Below the pieces are notes generated by a model. It was not told where the DNA came from. It saw only the letters and a list, made by a program, of their open reading frames with translations, and did no database searches. Positions 17,804 through 27,345 of a DNA stretch of 58,000 nt are shown piece after piece. The stretch is taken from contig JBIICE010000002.1 in the NCBI GenBank assembly GCA_044239025.1, positions 1 to 58,000 on the forward strand. Direction: 5' to 3'. Origin of the DNA: Verrucomicrobiales bacterium (lineage in GTDB: Bacteria > Verrucomicrobiota > Verrucomicrobiia > Verrucomicrobiales > V1-33). The translations under genes and the position numbers were made by a program. The stretch's first letter is position 1. Each line of letters opens with the position of its first letter.

Positions 17804-18436
17804 ATGAAAACAAAATGGTTTTTCCTCCGGTTTGCCGCCCTGCTGCCGATCGTGCTGCTGAGCAGTTGTGTGACGGGTCCACCGTACTATGGCGGCACCG
17901 GCTACGGAGGGTTTCCCGACCAGGGCTGGGGTGACGGCTATGGCGGCACGTGGGCGGGCGGAGGGGTCGGATGGATTTCCGGGCCGTCCTATCTTCCGGG
18001 CGGCTGGTATGGATCGCGGGCGGTCTGCCCGCGGTGCGGTCGGAATCCCTGCTGCTGCCGAGGGGATGGCGATCACGAGCATGGTCAGTGGTCGCGGGAG
18101 CGGCAGCCTTCACAGAGTTTCTCGCGCAGCGCAGACCAGTCGCGCGGAAGTGCCGGACTTTACCGCATCAAGGATGCGGAAAAGGACGAGCCGCAAGGCT
18201 GGCACTCGAAGGAATGGTTTGCCAGCAAGGGGTACAGATTTTCCCGGAACACATGGGAGTCCCGTGGAGGACGCACCATTCAGGGATCCGAGATCCGGAA
18301 GCAGAGCAGTGACCGGTCCCGCAGCAGCGACCGGTCCCGCAGCAGTGACCGGTCCCGCAGCAGTGACCGGCCCCGCAGCAGCGACCGGCCCCGCAGCAGC
18401 GACCAGTCCCATGGAGGCGGCAGGCACAAGGAATGA
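17804..18436 (+). CDS. Lipoprotein with Gly/Tyr/Trp-rich region, Cys cluster and C-terminal SSDRSR tandem repeat
   Basis: ORF 17765..18436. ATG 17804 gives MKTKWFFLRFAALLPIVLLSSC (signal peptide plus lipobox LSSC), and GGAG lies about 14 nt upstream. CPRCGRNPCCC cluster. C-terminus is SSDRSR x3, SSDRPR x2, then SSDQS. Confidence 0.65.
   Translation: MKTKWFFLRFAALLPIVLLSSCVTGPPYYGGTGYGGFPDQGWGDGYGGTWAGGGVGWISGPSYLPGGWYGSRAVCPRCGRNPCCCRGDGDHEHGQWSRERQPSQSFSRSADQSRGSAGLYRIKDAEKDEPQGWHSKEWFASKGYRFSRNTWESRGGRTIQGSEIRKQSSDRSRSSDRSRSSDRSRSSDRPRSSDRPRSSDQSHGGGRHKE
18305..18409 (+). repeat. 18-bp tandem repeat, about 5.8 copies (AGCAGYGACCGGYCCCGC), encoding SSDR(S/P)R
   Basis: Direct reading gives units starting at 18305, 18323, 18341, 18359 and 18377, plus a partial unit at 18395. 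Only C/T differences at two positions distinguish the units. Confidence 0.9.
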
Positions 18437-18790
18437 CGGGTCGCCCGGGGAACCTGCGGCCGAGGCGGGACTGGCAGCGGATCCGGATCCTGTGGTAAGG
18501 CCCGCCGCCGCCTCGTGGGCTCGGTGCGGGATGCATGCCCGGGGGAGTTGCGCTTATCCCGCAGGGGCTGCGTCCCGGATCACGACCCTCGTGGGGCTGG
18601 AACTCCCCACGGTGCTTCCGCTGGTGGTGGTCCGATAGGCGTCACCGTCGAAGGCACGACAGCAGCGCACCGGGGCAGGGTTTTGCGGTGACCAAGCACA
18701 CGGCAATGAGCGAGGAACGGCACTGTCGGAATCCTTCAGGGTTCCCTGTGAAAGACTGACGCCAGAGCCCCCGGAGGTCTCAGCGCAAGC

Positions 18791-21319
18791 TCAGCCCTCG
18801 ACCACGGCGGCCTCGCCCTCGGCGGGCGGTGCTTCCTCCTCGACGGTGAACTTGAGGGAACGTTCTCCTTCTCGGCGGGCGACGCGGACTTTGTCGCCTT
18901 CCTTGATGTCGCCACGCAGCAGGTGTTCTGCGAAGGGGTCTTCAAGATGGCGTTCCACAGCGCGCCGCATGGGGCGGGCACCGTAGGCCGGGTCGTAGCC
19001 TTCCTCGATGAGGAGTTCCTTGGCCGACTCATCCAGTTCCACGTGAATGTTCTTGTCCCGCACGCGCTTGAGAACCTTGTCGATCTCAAGGTCGACGATC
19101 CGGATCAGGTCAGACTTCTCGAGCATGTGGAAGACGATGAGATCATCAAGGCGGTTGAGGAACTCCGGTTTGAAGTGCCGCTTGGCCTGCTCCGTGATCT
19201 TTTCCTTCATCGAGGCGTAGTCATGGGAGTCCGCCCCGATGGCACCGAAGCCCATGACATTCTGTTTCTTGATGAGTTCCGCCCCGACGTTCGATGTCAG
19301 AATGATGATGGTGTTCCGGAAGTCGACCTTGCGGCCGAAGCTATCCGTGATGGTGCCCTCCTCGAGGATCTGCAGGAGGAGGTGCATGACGTCCGGGTGG
19401 GCCTTCTCGACTTCATCGAAGAGCACCACGCTGTAGGGACGGCGGCGCACGGCCTCGCTGAGCTGGCCGCCTTCTTCGTAGCCAACGTAACCCGGAGGAC
19501 TGCCAATGAGCCGGCTCGCCGTGAATTTCTCCATGTACTCCGACATGTCGATCTGGATGAGAGCATCCGGATCACCGAACATGAACTCGGCGAGATTGCG
19601 CGCGAGAAAAGTTTTTCCGACCCCCGTGGGGCCAAGGAAGAGGAAGGAGCCAATCGGCCGCCGCGGATCCTTGAGGTCGGCACGGCTGCGGCGCAGGGCT
19701 TTCGAGATGGCTACCACGGCGTGGTCCTGGCCGATGACCTTGCCTTTCAGTTCCTGGTCCATCTTCAGAAGCTTCTGGGCTTCCTTTTCCTCCATCCGGT
19801 TCAGCGGAACGCCGGTCCATTTGCTGACAACCGACATGATTTCGTCGAGGCTGACGGTGACGCGCTTCTCCTCGTTGCTGGCGCGCCATGTTTCGATGAG
19901 CGATTCCAGTTTCTTGCGGGCATTGCGTTCCCCGTCGCGCAGCGCAGCGGCCTTCTCGAAATCCTGATCCTTGATGGCCGACTCCTTCTCGTTGCGGATG
20001 CGCTCGATTTCCGCCTCGATTTCCTTGAGTTCCGGCGGCCGAGTCATCGACGAGATCCGGGCGCGGGCACCGGCTTCGTCCATGATATCGATGGCCTTGT
20101 CCGGCAGGAAGCGGCCGGTCAGGTAGCGTGACGACAGTTTCACGGACTGGGTGATGGCTTCGTCCGTGTAGATGGCCTTGTGGTGCGCCTCGTACTTCGG
20201 CTTGATGCCCATGAGGATACGGATGGCGTCCTCTTCGCTCGGTTCCTCGACCTTGACGGTCTGAAAGCGCCGTTCGAGGGCGGCATCCTTTTCGATGTAT
20301 TTCCGGTACTCGTTCAGGGTCGTGGCTCCCACGCACTGAAGTTCTCCACGGCTGAGAGCGGGCTTGATGATGTTGCTCGCGTCCATGGCGCCTTCAGCCG
20401 AACCGGCTCCCACGATGGTGTGGAGTTCGTCGATGAACAGGATCACGTTGCGGTGACGCCGTATCTCGTCCATGACAGCCTTGATGCGTTCCTCGAATTG
20501 GCCGCGGTACTTGGTTCCGGCAACCATGAGGGCAAGGTCGAGAGTGATGACCTTCTTGTCGCGGAGAATTTCGGGGACGTTCCCGTTGACGATTTCCTGG
20601 GCGAGGCCTTCCACGATCGCAGTTTTGCCGACCCCGGCTTCTCCGATGAGGACCGGATTGTTCTTGGTGCGGCGGCAGAGAATCTGGATGACTCGTTCGA
20701 TTTCGTCGGCCCGCCCGATCACGGGATCCATCTCTCCTTTGGTGGCCAGTTCGGTCAGGTCGCGTCCGAAAGCCTTGAGTGCAGGAGTTTTGCTTTCCTT
20801 GGTCCCGGGACGGCTGCGCGGTTCGGCGGGGCCGGCCGATTCCTGGAATGCATCTTCCTCGCCCTCGTGCTCCTGAGGGGTGAAATTGGGATCGAGTTCC
20901 TTGAGGATTTCGTTGCGGGTGCGTTCGATGTCGATTTCGAGGCTCTTGAGGACCTGGGCGGCCACGCCTTCTCCCTCGCGGAGGAGGCCGAGGAGGATGT
21001 GCTCGGTGCCGACGTAGCTGTGATTGAGGGCGCGGGCCTCCTTGCTGGCGAGGGCGAGCACCTTCTTGACGCGGGGGGTGTACGGGATGTTCCCGACCAT
21101 CTTCTGTTCCTGGCCGCTGCCGACCTGCTTCTCGACCTCCATGCGCACGGTTTCGAGATCGAGTCCGAGTTTCTGCAGGACATTCACGGCGACGCCCTGG
21201 CCCAGCTTGATCAGACCGAGCAGGAGGTGCTCGGTGCCGACATAATTATGATTGAAGCGGTCCGCTTCCTTGCGGGCAAGGGCGAGGACCTGCTGGGCTC
21301 GGGGAGTGAAATTGTTCAT
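18791..21319 (-). CDS. clpC: ATP-dependent Clp protease ATP-binding subunit ClpC
   Basis: Clp_N repeats ([11 protein letters not shown] twice), Walker A motifs GEAGVGKT and GPTGVGKT, and a UVR-like linker [10 protein letters not shown]. 842 aa. Confidence 0.95.
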   Translation of the reverse strand: MNNFTPRAQQVLALARKEADRFNHNYVGTEHLLLGLIKLGQGVAVNVLQKLGLDLETVRMEVEKQVGSGQEQKMVGNIPYTPRVKKVLALASKEARALNHSYVGTEHILLGLLREGEGVAAQVLKSLEIDIERTRNEILKELDPNFTPQEHEGEEDAFQESAGPAEPRSRPGTKESKTPALKAFGRDLTELATKGEMDPVIGRADEIERVIQILCRRTKNNPVLIGEAGVGKTAIVEGLAQEIVNGNVPEILRDKKVITLDLALMVAGTKYRGQFEERIKAVMDEIRRHRNVILFIDELHTIVGAGSAEGAMDASNIIKPALSRGELQCVGATTLNEYRKYIEKDAALERRFQTVKVEEPSEEDAIRILMGIKPKYEAHHKAIYTDEAITQSVKLSSRYLTGRFLPDKAIDIMDEAGARARISSMTRPPELKEIEAEIERIRNEKESAIKDQDFEKAAALRDGERNARKKLESLIETWRASNEEKRVTVSLDEIMSVVSKWTGVPLNRMEEKEAQKLLKMDQELKGKVIGQDHAVVAISKALRRSRADLKDPRRPIGSFLFLGPTGVGKTFLARNLAEFMFGDPDALIQIDMSEYMEKFTASRLIGSPPGYVGYEEGGQLSEAVRRRPYSVVLFDEVEKAHPDVMHLLLQILEEGTITDSFGRKVDFRNTIIILTSNVGAELIKKQNVMGFGAIGADSHDYASMKEKITEQAKRHFKPEFLNRLDDLIVFHMLEKSDLIRIVDLEIDKVLKRVRDKNIHVELDESAKELLIEEGYDPAYGARPMRRAVERHLEDPFAEHLLRGDIKEGDKVRVARREGERSLKFTVEEEAPPAEGEAAVVEG

Positions 21320-21554
21320 CGGATTGATGGCGGTAGAGAAGAACGCCGCAGAAAGCGGGCCAGCAAAGGAAAATTCGAATCATTTCCGATAAGCGGGGAC
21401 GGCGGCAATGCAACCCGCCTCGTGAAATCAGGGCAAGAGAGAGAAATGAGCAGATTGGCGCGGCAGGGATGAGCAAGGGTCCCTGCTGAAGGGCGTTGCC
21501 TGGTGATGGTTCTGTCTGGCGCAGTTTCGTGCCAGGATGGCACGGTGGGCGCGG

Positions 21555-23084
21555 TCACGGTGCGAAGTGTGCTTCGATGGCAGCGACGAGGCCGGGGATG
21601 TCGTGCTGGCGTGCTTCGATGTGGGCCTTGTGGCCGAGGCGGCGCAGGGCGGCCGTGGTGACGGGACCGATGCTGGCAAAGCGCACCTCGGGAGGCAGGG
21701 GCAGTCCGAGCCGGAAGAAGTTCTCCACGGCGGAAGCGCTCGCGAAGGTGACGACATCGGCGCCGTCTTCACGGAAGCGGGCCTGTCCCCCGGTTGGGTC
21801 GCCGGTTTCCGGCACGGTGCGGTAGGCGAGGGCCTCGTCGACAATCGCACCAAGTTTCCCGAGCTGGGCGGCGACAACGTCCCTTGTCTCTTCCGGGCGG
21901 ACCCAGAGGATGGTGGTGTTCTCGAGGCTTCCTGCGAATTCGGTGAATTCCCCGACGAGGGATTCGGCCACGGCTTTTTCCGGAACGAAGTCTGCGGCGA
22001 GGTGGTATTCGGCGAGTTTGCGGGCGGTTCCGGGGCCAATGGCGACAAGCTTTGCTCCGCCGATTTCGCGGGCGTCCTTGTAGAGTTTGAAGAAGAGTTC
22101 GAAGAAGGCATCCACTCCGTTGGGGCTGGTGAAGATGATCCATTCGTACTTGTGGGCATCCTGGACGAGCCGGCCGAAGGCGAGCAGGTCGCTTGGCTTT
22201 TCCGTGCGGATGGTGGGAATCTCGTAGGCGTCGGCTCCAAGTTCGCGAAGTTCCCGGGTAAGGGCACCGGCCTGCTGGCGGGTTCGGGTGACCACGATGC
22301 GTCTGCCGTGGAGGGGTCGGTCCTCAAACCAGTTGAGGCGGTCGCGCAGTCCGACAACCCCTCCGATGATGCAGACTGCCGGGGGTTTGAACCCGGTTTC
22401 CCCGATCAGCCGGGCGATCGTTCCGAGGGTGCCGGTGAGGGTCTGCTGCCGTCCGGTGGTCGCCCAGCGGATCAGGGCGACGGGTGTGTCCGGGCTGGCT
22501 CCGTGTTCGACGAGCTTGCCGGCGAGGATGGCCATTCTGCCGACGCCCATGAGCATCACTTTGGTGCCATCGGCTTCGGCCAGTTTGCGGAAATCGAGCG
22601 AACTTTCCTCTTTGGCGGGGTCTTCGTGGCCGGTAAAGATGGTAAGCTGCGAGCAGAAGTCGCGGTGGGTGACCGGAATGCCGGCGTAGGCTGGTCCCGC
22701 GATGGTGCTGGAGATGCCTGGTACGACTTCAAAACGGCATCCGGCCGCGCGCAGTTCCTCGGCCTCTTCCCCGCCGCGTCCGAACACGTAGGGATCGCCC
22801 CCCTTGAGCCGGGTCACGGTTTTTCCCGCCAGCACCTTCTCAACGAGGAGGGCATTGATGCGGTCCTGGGGAAGCGTGTGCTGATCCGCCTGCTTGCCGA
22901 CGTAGAGGATTTCTGCCTCCGGGCGCGCCCATTGGAGCACTTCCTTGTTCACAAGGTAATCGTAGGCGATCACGTCGGCCCGGCTGATGCATTCCTTGGC
23001 GCGCAGGGTGACAAGTCCGAGATCGCCCGGCCCGGCACCGACCAGGTAGCAGATTCCCCGGGGGGCAGTTTTGGAATTCGGCAT
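21555..23084 (-). CDS. cobA: Bifunctional uroporphyrinogen-III C-methyltransferase / uroporphyrinogen-III synthase (CobA-HemD fusion)
   Basis: N-terminal half: YLVGAGPGDLGLVTLRA and RLKGGDPYVFGRGGEE (SUMT). C-terminal half is HemD-like (RRIVVTRTRQQAGALTRELRELGADAYEIPTI ...). The track start is 23111. I prefer ATG 23084, which is preceded by GAGGGA. Start uncertain by 9 codons. Confidence 0.9.
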   Translation of the reverse strand: MPNSKTAPRGICYLVGAGPGDLGLVTLRAKECISRADVIAYDYLVNKEVLQWARPEAEILYVGKQADQHTLPQDRINALLVEKVLAGKTVTRLKGGDPYVFGRGGEEAEELRAAGCRFEVVPGISSTIAGPAYAGIPVTHRDFCSQLTIFTGHEDPAKEESSLDFRKLAEADGTKVMLMGVGRMAILAGKLVEHGASPDTPVALIRWATTGRQQTLTGTLGTIARLIGETGFKPPAVCIIGGVVGLRDRLNWFEDRPLHGRRIVVTRTRQQAGALTRELRELGADAYEIPTIRTEKPSDLLAFGRLVQDAHKYEWIIFTSPNGVDAFFELFFKLYKDAREIGGAKLVAIGPGTARKLAEYHLAADFVPEKAVAESLVGEFTEFAGSLENTTILWVRPEETRDVVAAQLGKLGAIVDEALAYRTVPETGDPTGGQARFREDGADVVTFASASAVENFFRLGLPLPPEVRFASIGPVTTAALRRLGHKAHIEARQHDIPGLVAAIEAHFAP

Positions 23085-23278
23085 GGGTCCCTCTTCATGT
23101 CCGCTTCCCATGCGCCGTCAAAACCGAAATTGCCCGCGGCTCACTTCCGGTCATCCGGCCTGCACGAAGAGAAAGCCGTTGACCTTGCAGGTGTGAAGAG
23201 GCAGAAGCACACGCTTGTCGACCTGTCCACGCCCGGGTCCGCGGTTTTCAGAATCAACATTCCACTTCATCTCCAGCC

Positions 23279-24478
23279 ATGTCCCGCTCATTCATCTTTT
23301 CTTCGGAGTCCGTCGGTGAAGGTCATCCTGACAAAGTCTGCGACACGATTTCGGATGCCGTCCTCGATGCCTGCCTTGCGGTTGATGTAAGGAGCCGGGT
23401 GGCCTGCGAGACCTTTGCCAAGAGCAACATCGTGGTGGTGGGCGGCGAGATCACGATTCCGAAAATCGGCCAGAAGCCGATCGGAGATGTCATCAATATC
23501 GACAAAGTGATCCGCGACGCGGTCCGCGGCATTGGCTATGTGAATGACGATGATGTGTTTCACGCCGACCGCATTTTCATCAACAACTACCTGACCACGC
23601 AGAGCCCGGACATTGCGCAGGGTGTGGACGCCAAGAAGGCCGACGGGAAGAAGCATGCGGAGCAGGGGGCCGGAGACCAGGGGATCATGTTCGGATATGC
23701 CTGCGACGAGACGCCCGAACTCATGCCTGCTCCCATCATGTACGCGCACCGTCTGGGCCGCGAGCTGACAAGGATCCGGAAGGAAGGCAAGCTGGCGAAG
23801 TGGCTGCGGCCGGATGCGAAGAGTCAGGTTTCGGTGGAGTATGTGGACGGGCGTCCGACCCGCATTGTGAATGTGGTGATTTCCACGCAGCATGCCGAGA
23901 GCGCGAGGCATGCGGACATTGAGAAATTCTGCATTGAGCAGGTGATCCGCAAGGTGCTGCCGAAGGAGATGCTCACGAAGGCCACCGAGTACCTCATCAA
24001 TCCCACAGGAAAGTTCGTGGTGGGTGGTCCGCAGGGAGACAGTGGCCTTACGGGCCGGAAGATCATTGTGGATACCTACGGTGGCATGGGCCGTCACGGG
24101 GGGGGCGCGTTCTCGGGCAAGGATCCCTCGAAGGTCGACCGTTCGGCCGCCTACATGGGCCGGTGGGTTGCCAAGAACGTGGTTGCCGCTGGACTGGCGG
24201 AACGCTGCGAGGTGCAGTTCGCCTATGCCATTGGTCACCCGCGTCCGGTCAGCGTGCATGTGGATAGCTTCGGCACCGGCAAGCTGAGCGACGATGCGAT
24301 CCTCGCGGCCATTCTGAAGGTGTTTTCGTTCAAACCGGCCGACATTGTGAAGCAACTGAATCTGCTTCGTCCGATCTACAGCCGCAGCACGAACTACGGC
24401 CATTTCGGCAAGCAGGAGAAGGAACTGACCTGGGAAGCCACGGACAAGGCAGCGGCCCTCAGGAAGGCCGCCAAGTGA
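23279..24478 (+). CDS. metK: S-adenosylmethionine synthetase
   Basis: [38 protein letters not shown]. 399 aa. Confidence 0.97.
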   Translation: MSRSFIFSSESVGEGHPDKVCDTISDAVLDACLAVDVRSRVACETFAKSNIVVVGGEITIPKIGQKPIGDVINIDKVIRDAVRGIGYVNDDDVFHADRIFINNYLTTQSPDIAQGVDAKKADGKKHAEQGAGDQGIMFGYACDETPELMPAPIMYAHRLGRELTRIRKEGKLAKWLRPDAKSQVSVEYVDGRPTRIVNVVISTQHAESARHADIEKFCIEQVIRKVLPKEMLTKATEYLINPTGKFVVGGPQGDSGLTGRKIIVDTYGGMGRHGGGAFSGKDPSKVDRSAAYMGRWVAKNVVAAGLAERCEVQFAYAIGHPRPVSVHVDSFGTGKLSDDAILAAILKVFSFKPADIVKQLNLLRPIYSRSTNYGHFGKQEKELTWEATDKAAALRKAAK

Positions 24479-24607
24479 TCGCCCGGCGCGTAGCCGGAAC
24501 TCCTGGGGGTGTGCCGCGGGGTCGGGACCGGTCTCCATAAGGACCGAACCCGGGCGATTCCGTTGACCCGTCTGCAAGACGGAGGGTGTCGCCCGCGTGC
24601 TGTGAAA

Positions 24608-27187
24608 ATGCGCGGGTTCATTCTGCTGTTGCTGCTGCTTTCTGCGCTCGGATCCTGGGCGTCGGAGATTTCCTTCGGGAAATCGATCCGTCCCCTGCTC
24701 AAAGCGCATTGCTTTCATTGTCATGGCGAGGGCGGTCGGAAGGAAGGAGGTGTGGATCTGCGGCTGCGGCGGTTTCTGCTGAAGGAGACGGATGCGGGAC
24801 CGGTGATGGTTCCCGGAGATCCCGGGCGCAGCCACCTGCTTGCGCTCGTGAGGAGCGGTGAGATGCCGAAGGGTGAAACGAAGCTTTCCGCGGCTGAGAT
24901 CGGGCTGCTGGAGTCATGGATCGCGGCCGGCGCTCCGGTGCAGACGCCCGAACCCGAGAGCATCCCCGACATCTACATTCCCGACGAGGAACGGAATTTC
25001 TGGAGCTTCCGTCCGGTGCAGGCCAGCGCGGTTCCCGTCGGTGCAGGCCATCCTGTGGATCTCTTCGTTGGCGCACAACTTCGCGCGGCCGGATTGGATT
25101 TTCTGCCCGAGGCGGATGCCCCCACGCTTTTCCGGCGGCTGAGTTTCGATCTGACGGGTCTTCCTCCGGAGCCGGAAGCGCTCGAAGCATTTCTGGCCGC
25201 ATGGGAACGGGATCCGGAGTCCGCGTGGCAGGAAGCCATCGGGGCGGCGCTTTCCAGTCCACACTATGGCGAACGCTGGGGGCGCCACTGGCTCGATGCC
25301 GCAGGGTATGCGGACTCGGACGGACACGAGGCCGACAAGCCTCGCGCCCACGCGTGGCACTACCGGGACTATGTGGTCGCCGCCCTCCGTGACGACCTGC
25401 CATGGGACCGCTTTCTCATGGAGCAGCTTGCGGGCGACGAACTGGCAGCCGTCACGCATGATACGGCGGCCGCATCGGTTCATCGGGAAGGGGTAGCGGC
25501 GCAGTTGGCGGCCACGGGCTTCCTCCGTATGGCCCCCGATCCCACCGACGAAGGCCTGCCGGACCCGGCGCTTGCCCGCAATCAGGTCATGGCGGAAACC
25601 ATCCGCGTGGTGACCAGTTCGCTGCTGGGCCTGACGGTGGCCTGCGCCCAGTGCCATGACCACCGCTACGATCCCATTTCGCATGTTGATTACCATCGGA
25701 TGCGGGCGGTTTTCGAACCCCTTTACGACTGGAAGGAATGGCGCCCGCCAGGGCAGAGGCTGTATTCACTGTACACGGCTGCGGAACGTGCCGAGGCCGC
25801 GCGGATCGAGGCCGAAGCCGCGGAGATGGACGCGGAACGAACGTCGTTTGCGCTCCGGCGGCTCGACCAGATCTTTGCAGAACGGTTGGCTCAGGTTCCG
25901 GAGGCCGAACGCGAAGCGGTGCGGGTGGCGCGCAACACCGGGGAAGCAAAGCGCACGCCCGCCCAGCAGGAACTGCTGAAGCGGTATGTGGAAGCCAATG
26001 TTGCCCGGCAGGAAGGATTGCTGCTGCTCTTCGATCCAGCGGCCGAGGCCACGCGCAAGGAAATGGAAGCGAAGGCGGCCACCCACAGGGCCACCCGCCC
26101 GAGGGAACGGTTTCTCATGGCGGCCACCGAGACTGGCAGCCGTCCGGTGACGGTGCTCTTCCACCGTGGCGATCACCTCCAGCCGCGCGGACCGATTGAT
26201 CCCGCCCCGCCCGAAGTGCTTGCCGCAGAACCTGTGAATCCGTTCGGTGGAACGATCCCCGAACTTCCGAGCAGCGGACGCCGCCTCGCCTTTGCCCGCT
26301 GGATCACCAGCGGGGACAACCCGCTGACCGCCCGTGTTCTCGTCAATCGTTTCTGGATGCACCATTTCGGGAGGGGCATCGTGCGCACCCCGGGCGATTT
26401 TGGCGCGCTCGGCGAGCGACCGACGCATCCCGAACTCCTTGACTGGCTGGCGTCTGATTTCGTCCGCCATGGCTGGCAGCTGAAACGCATGCACCGCCTG
26501 ATCCTCACGAGCCGGACGTGGCGTCAGCGAAGTGATCCGAACCCTCCCGATGGCACAGGCGAGCAACTCTATCACGGATGGAAACTGCAGAGGCTCGATG
26601 CTGAATCGGTCCGCGATGCCATGCTGGCCGTCAGTGGTCAGATTGACCGGCGTGTGGGCGGGGAACCTGTCCCGGTCGCCCGCGACGTCGGTTCCGGGCG
26701 CATCGTCCCGGGCCGCGAAGTCATCAACCCCGGCAACGGCATGATCGACCGCATCGACTCCGTCGCCGCACAGGGGAACCGCCGCAGCCTTTACATGGAA
26801 GCCCGCCGTTCCCGCCCGCTCACCGTCCTCGAGGCCTTCGATCTGCCGGTCATGAATCCCAACTGCACCGCCCGCTCGGTCACCACCGTGGCTCCCCAGG
26901 CGCTCCTGCTCCTGAACGACGCCTTCGTGGCCGAGCAGGCCGCCACCTTTGCGGCCCGGATCCGCAAGGCAACCGAGGCACCCGTGGAGCAGATCCGCTG
27001 CGCCTGGAAACTCGCCTTCAGCCGGGAACCATCCGCACTGGAAACCTCGCGCAGCCTCGTCTTCCTGCACCGGCAGCGGGAAGCACTGCGCCAGTCCGGC
27101 CAGGCGTCGGAATCGGCCGGGTCCCGTGCGCTCACGGCATGGTGCCACGTCCTGCTCGCCGCAAACCGATTCCTCTACCTCGACTGA
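24608..27187 (+). CDS. PSCyt1/PSCyt2(DUF1549)/PSD1(DUF1553) domain protein (Planctomycete-Verrucomicrobia type)
   Basis: ATG 24608 gives signal peptide MRGFILLLLLLSALGSWA. Heme-type CxxCH motif (CFHCHGEGG). DUF1549-like segments HWLDAAGYADSDGHE...WHYRDYVV and CAQCHDHRYDP. DUF1553-like segment NPLTARVLVNRFWMHHFGRGIVRTPGDFG...HPELLDWLA. Confidence 0.9.
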   Translation: MRGFILLLLLLSALGSWASEISFGKSIRPLLKAHCFHCHGEGGRKEGGVDLRLRRFLLKETDAGPVMVPGDPGRSHLLALVRSGEMPKGETKLSAAEIGLLESWIAAGAPVQTPEPESIPDIYIPDEERNFWSFRPVQASAVPVGAGHPVDLFVGAQLRAAGLDFLPEADAPTLFRRLSFDLTGLPPEPEALEAFLAAWERDPESAWQEAIGAALSSPHYGERWGRHWLDAAGYADSDGHEADKPRAHAWHYRDYVVAALRDDLPWDRFLMEQLAGDELAAVTHDTAAASVHREGVAAQLAATGFLRMAPDPTDEGLPDPALARNQVMAETIRVVTSSLLGLTVACAQCHDHRYDPISHVDYHRMRAVFEPLYDWKEWRPPGQRLYSLYTAAERAEAARIEAEAAEMDAERTSFALRRLDQIFAERLAQVPEAEREAVRVARNTGEAKRTPAQQELLKRYVEANVARQEGLLLLFDPAAEATRKEMEAKAATHRATRPRERFLMAATETGSRPVTVLFHRGDHLQPRGPIDPAPPEVLAAEPVNPFGGTIPELPSSGRRLAFARWITSGDNPLTARVLVNRFWMHHFGRGIVRTPGDFGALGERPTHPELLDWLASDFVRHGWQLKRMHRLILTSRTWRQRSDPNPPDGTGEQLYHGWKLQRLDAESVRDAMLAVSGQIDRRVGGEPVPVARDVGSGRIVPGREVINPGNGMIDRIDSVAAQGNRRSLYMEARRSRPLTVLEAFDLPVMNPNCTARSVTTVAPQALLLLNDAFVAEQAATFAARIRKATEAPVEQIRCAWKLAFSREPSALETSRSLVFLHRQREALRQSGQASESAGSRALTAWCHVLLAANRFLYLD

Positions 27188-27345
27188 TCCGGCTTTGCGG
27201 CGCGGACATGGCGAAGGCCCGGCGGCCGCAGTGGCAGAAAGGGAGTCTGCTTCTTATTAAGAACTACTGATTTCTTGACAATTCTGAATTATGAATTGAT
27301 CTTCAGCTTGCCGGATGGGCCGGTGACTCGTAACTGCTGACAAAC

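Noticed and set aside
17889-18638. Alternative + frame across the 18-bp repeat, encoding GPAAATGPAAVT repeats (249-aa ORF), and minus-strand ORF 18110..18427.
   Set aside because: Neither has a plausible start context or signal. The 17804 frame has a textbook lipoprotein signal peptide and an RBS-like GGAG.
23085-23278. Possible SAM riboswitch in front of metK.
   Set aside because: I could not find the conserved SAM-I core elements (GAGGGA...GCAACC...GGTGCTAA-type) or a SAM-II-like pseudoknot pattern by eye. This needs an Rfam scan to be fully excluded.
27275-27303. Sigma70-type promoter upstream of the SAF-domain gene, based on a perfect TTGACA.
   Set aside because: No acceptable -10 hexamer occurs at 16-18 nt spacing (GATCTT, TGATCT or ATCTTC). 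It is kept only as part of the AT-rich island observation.
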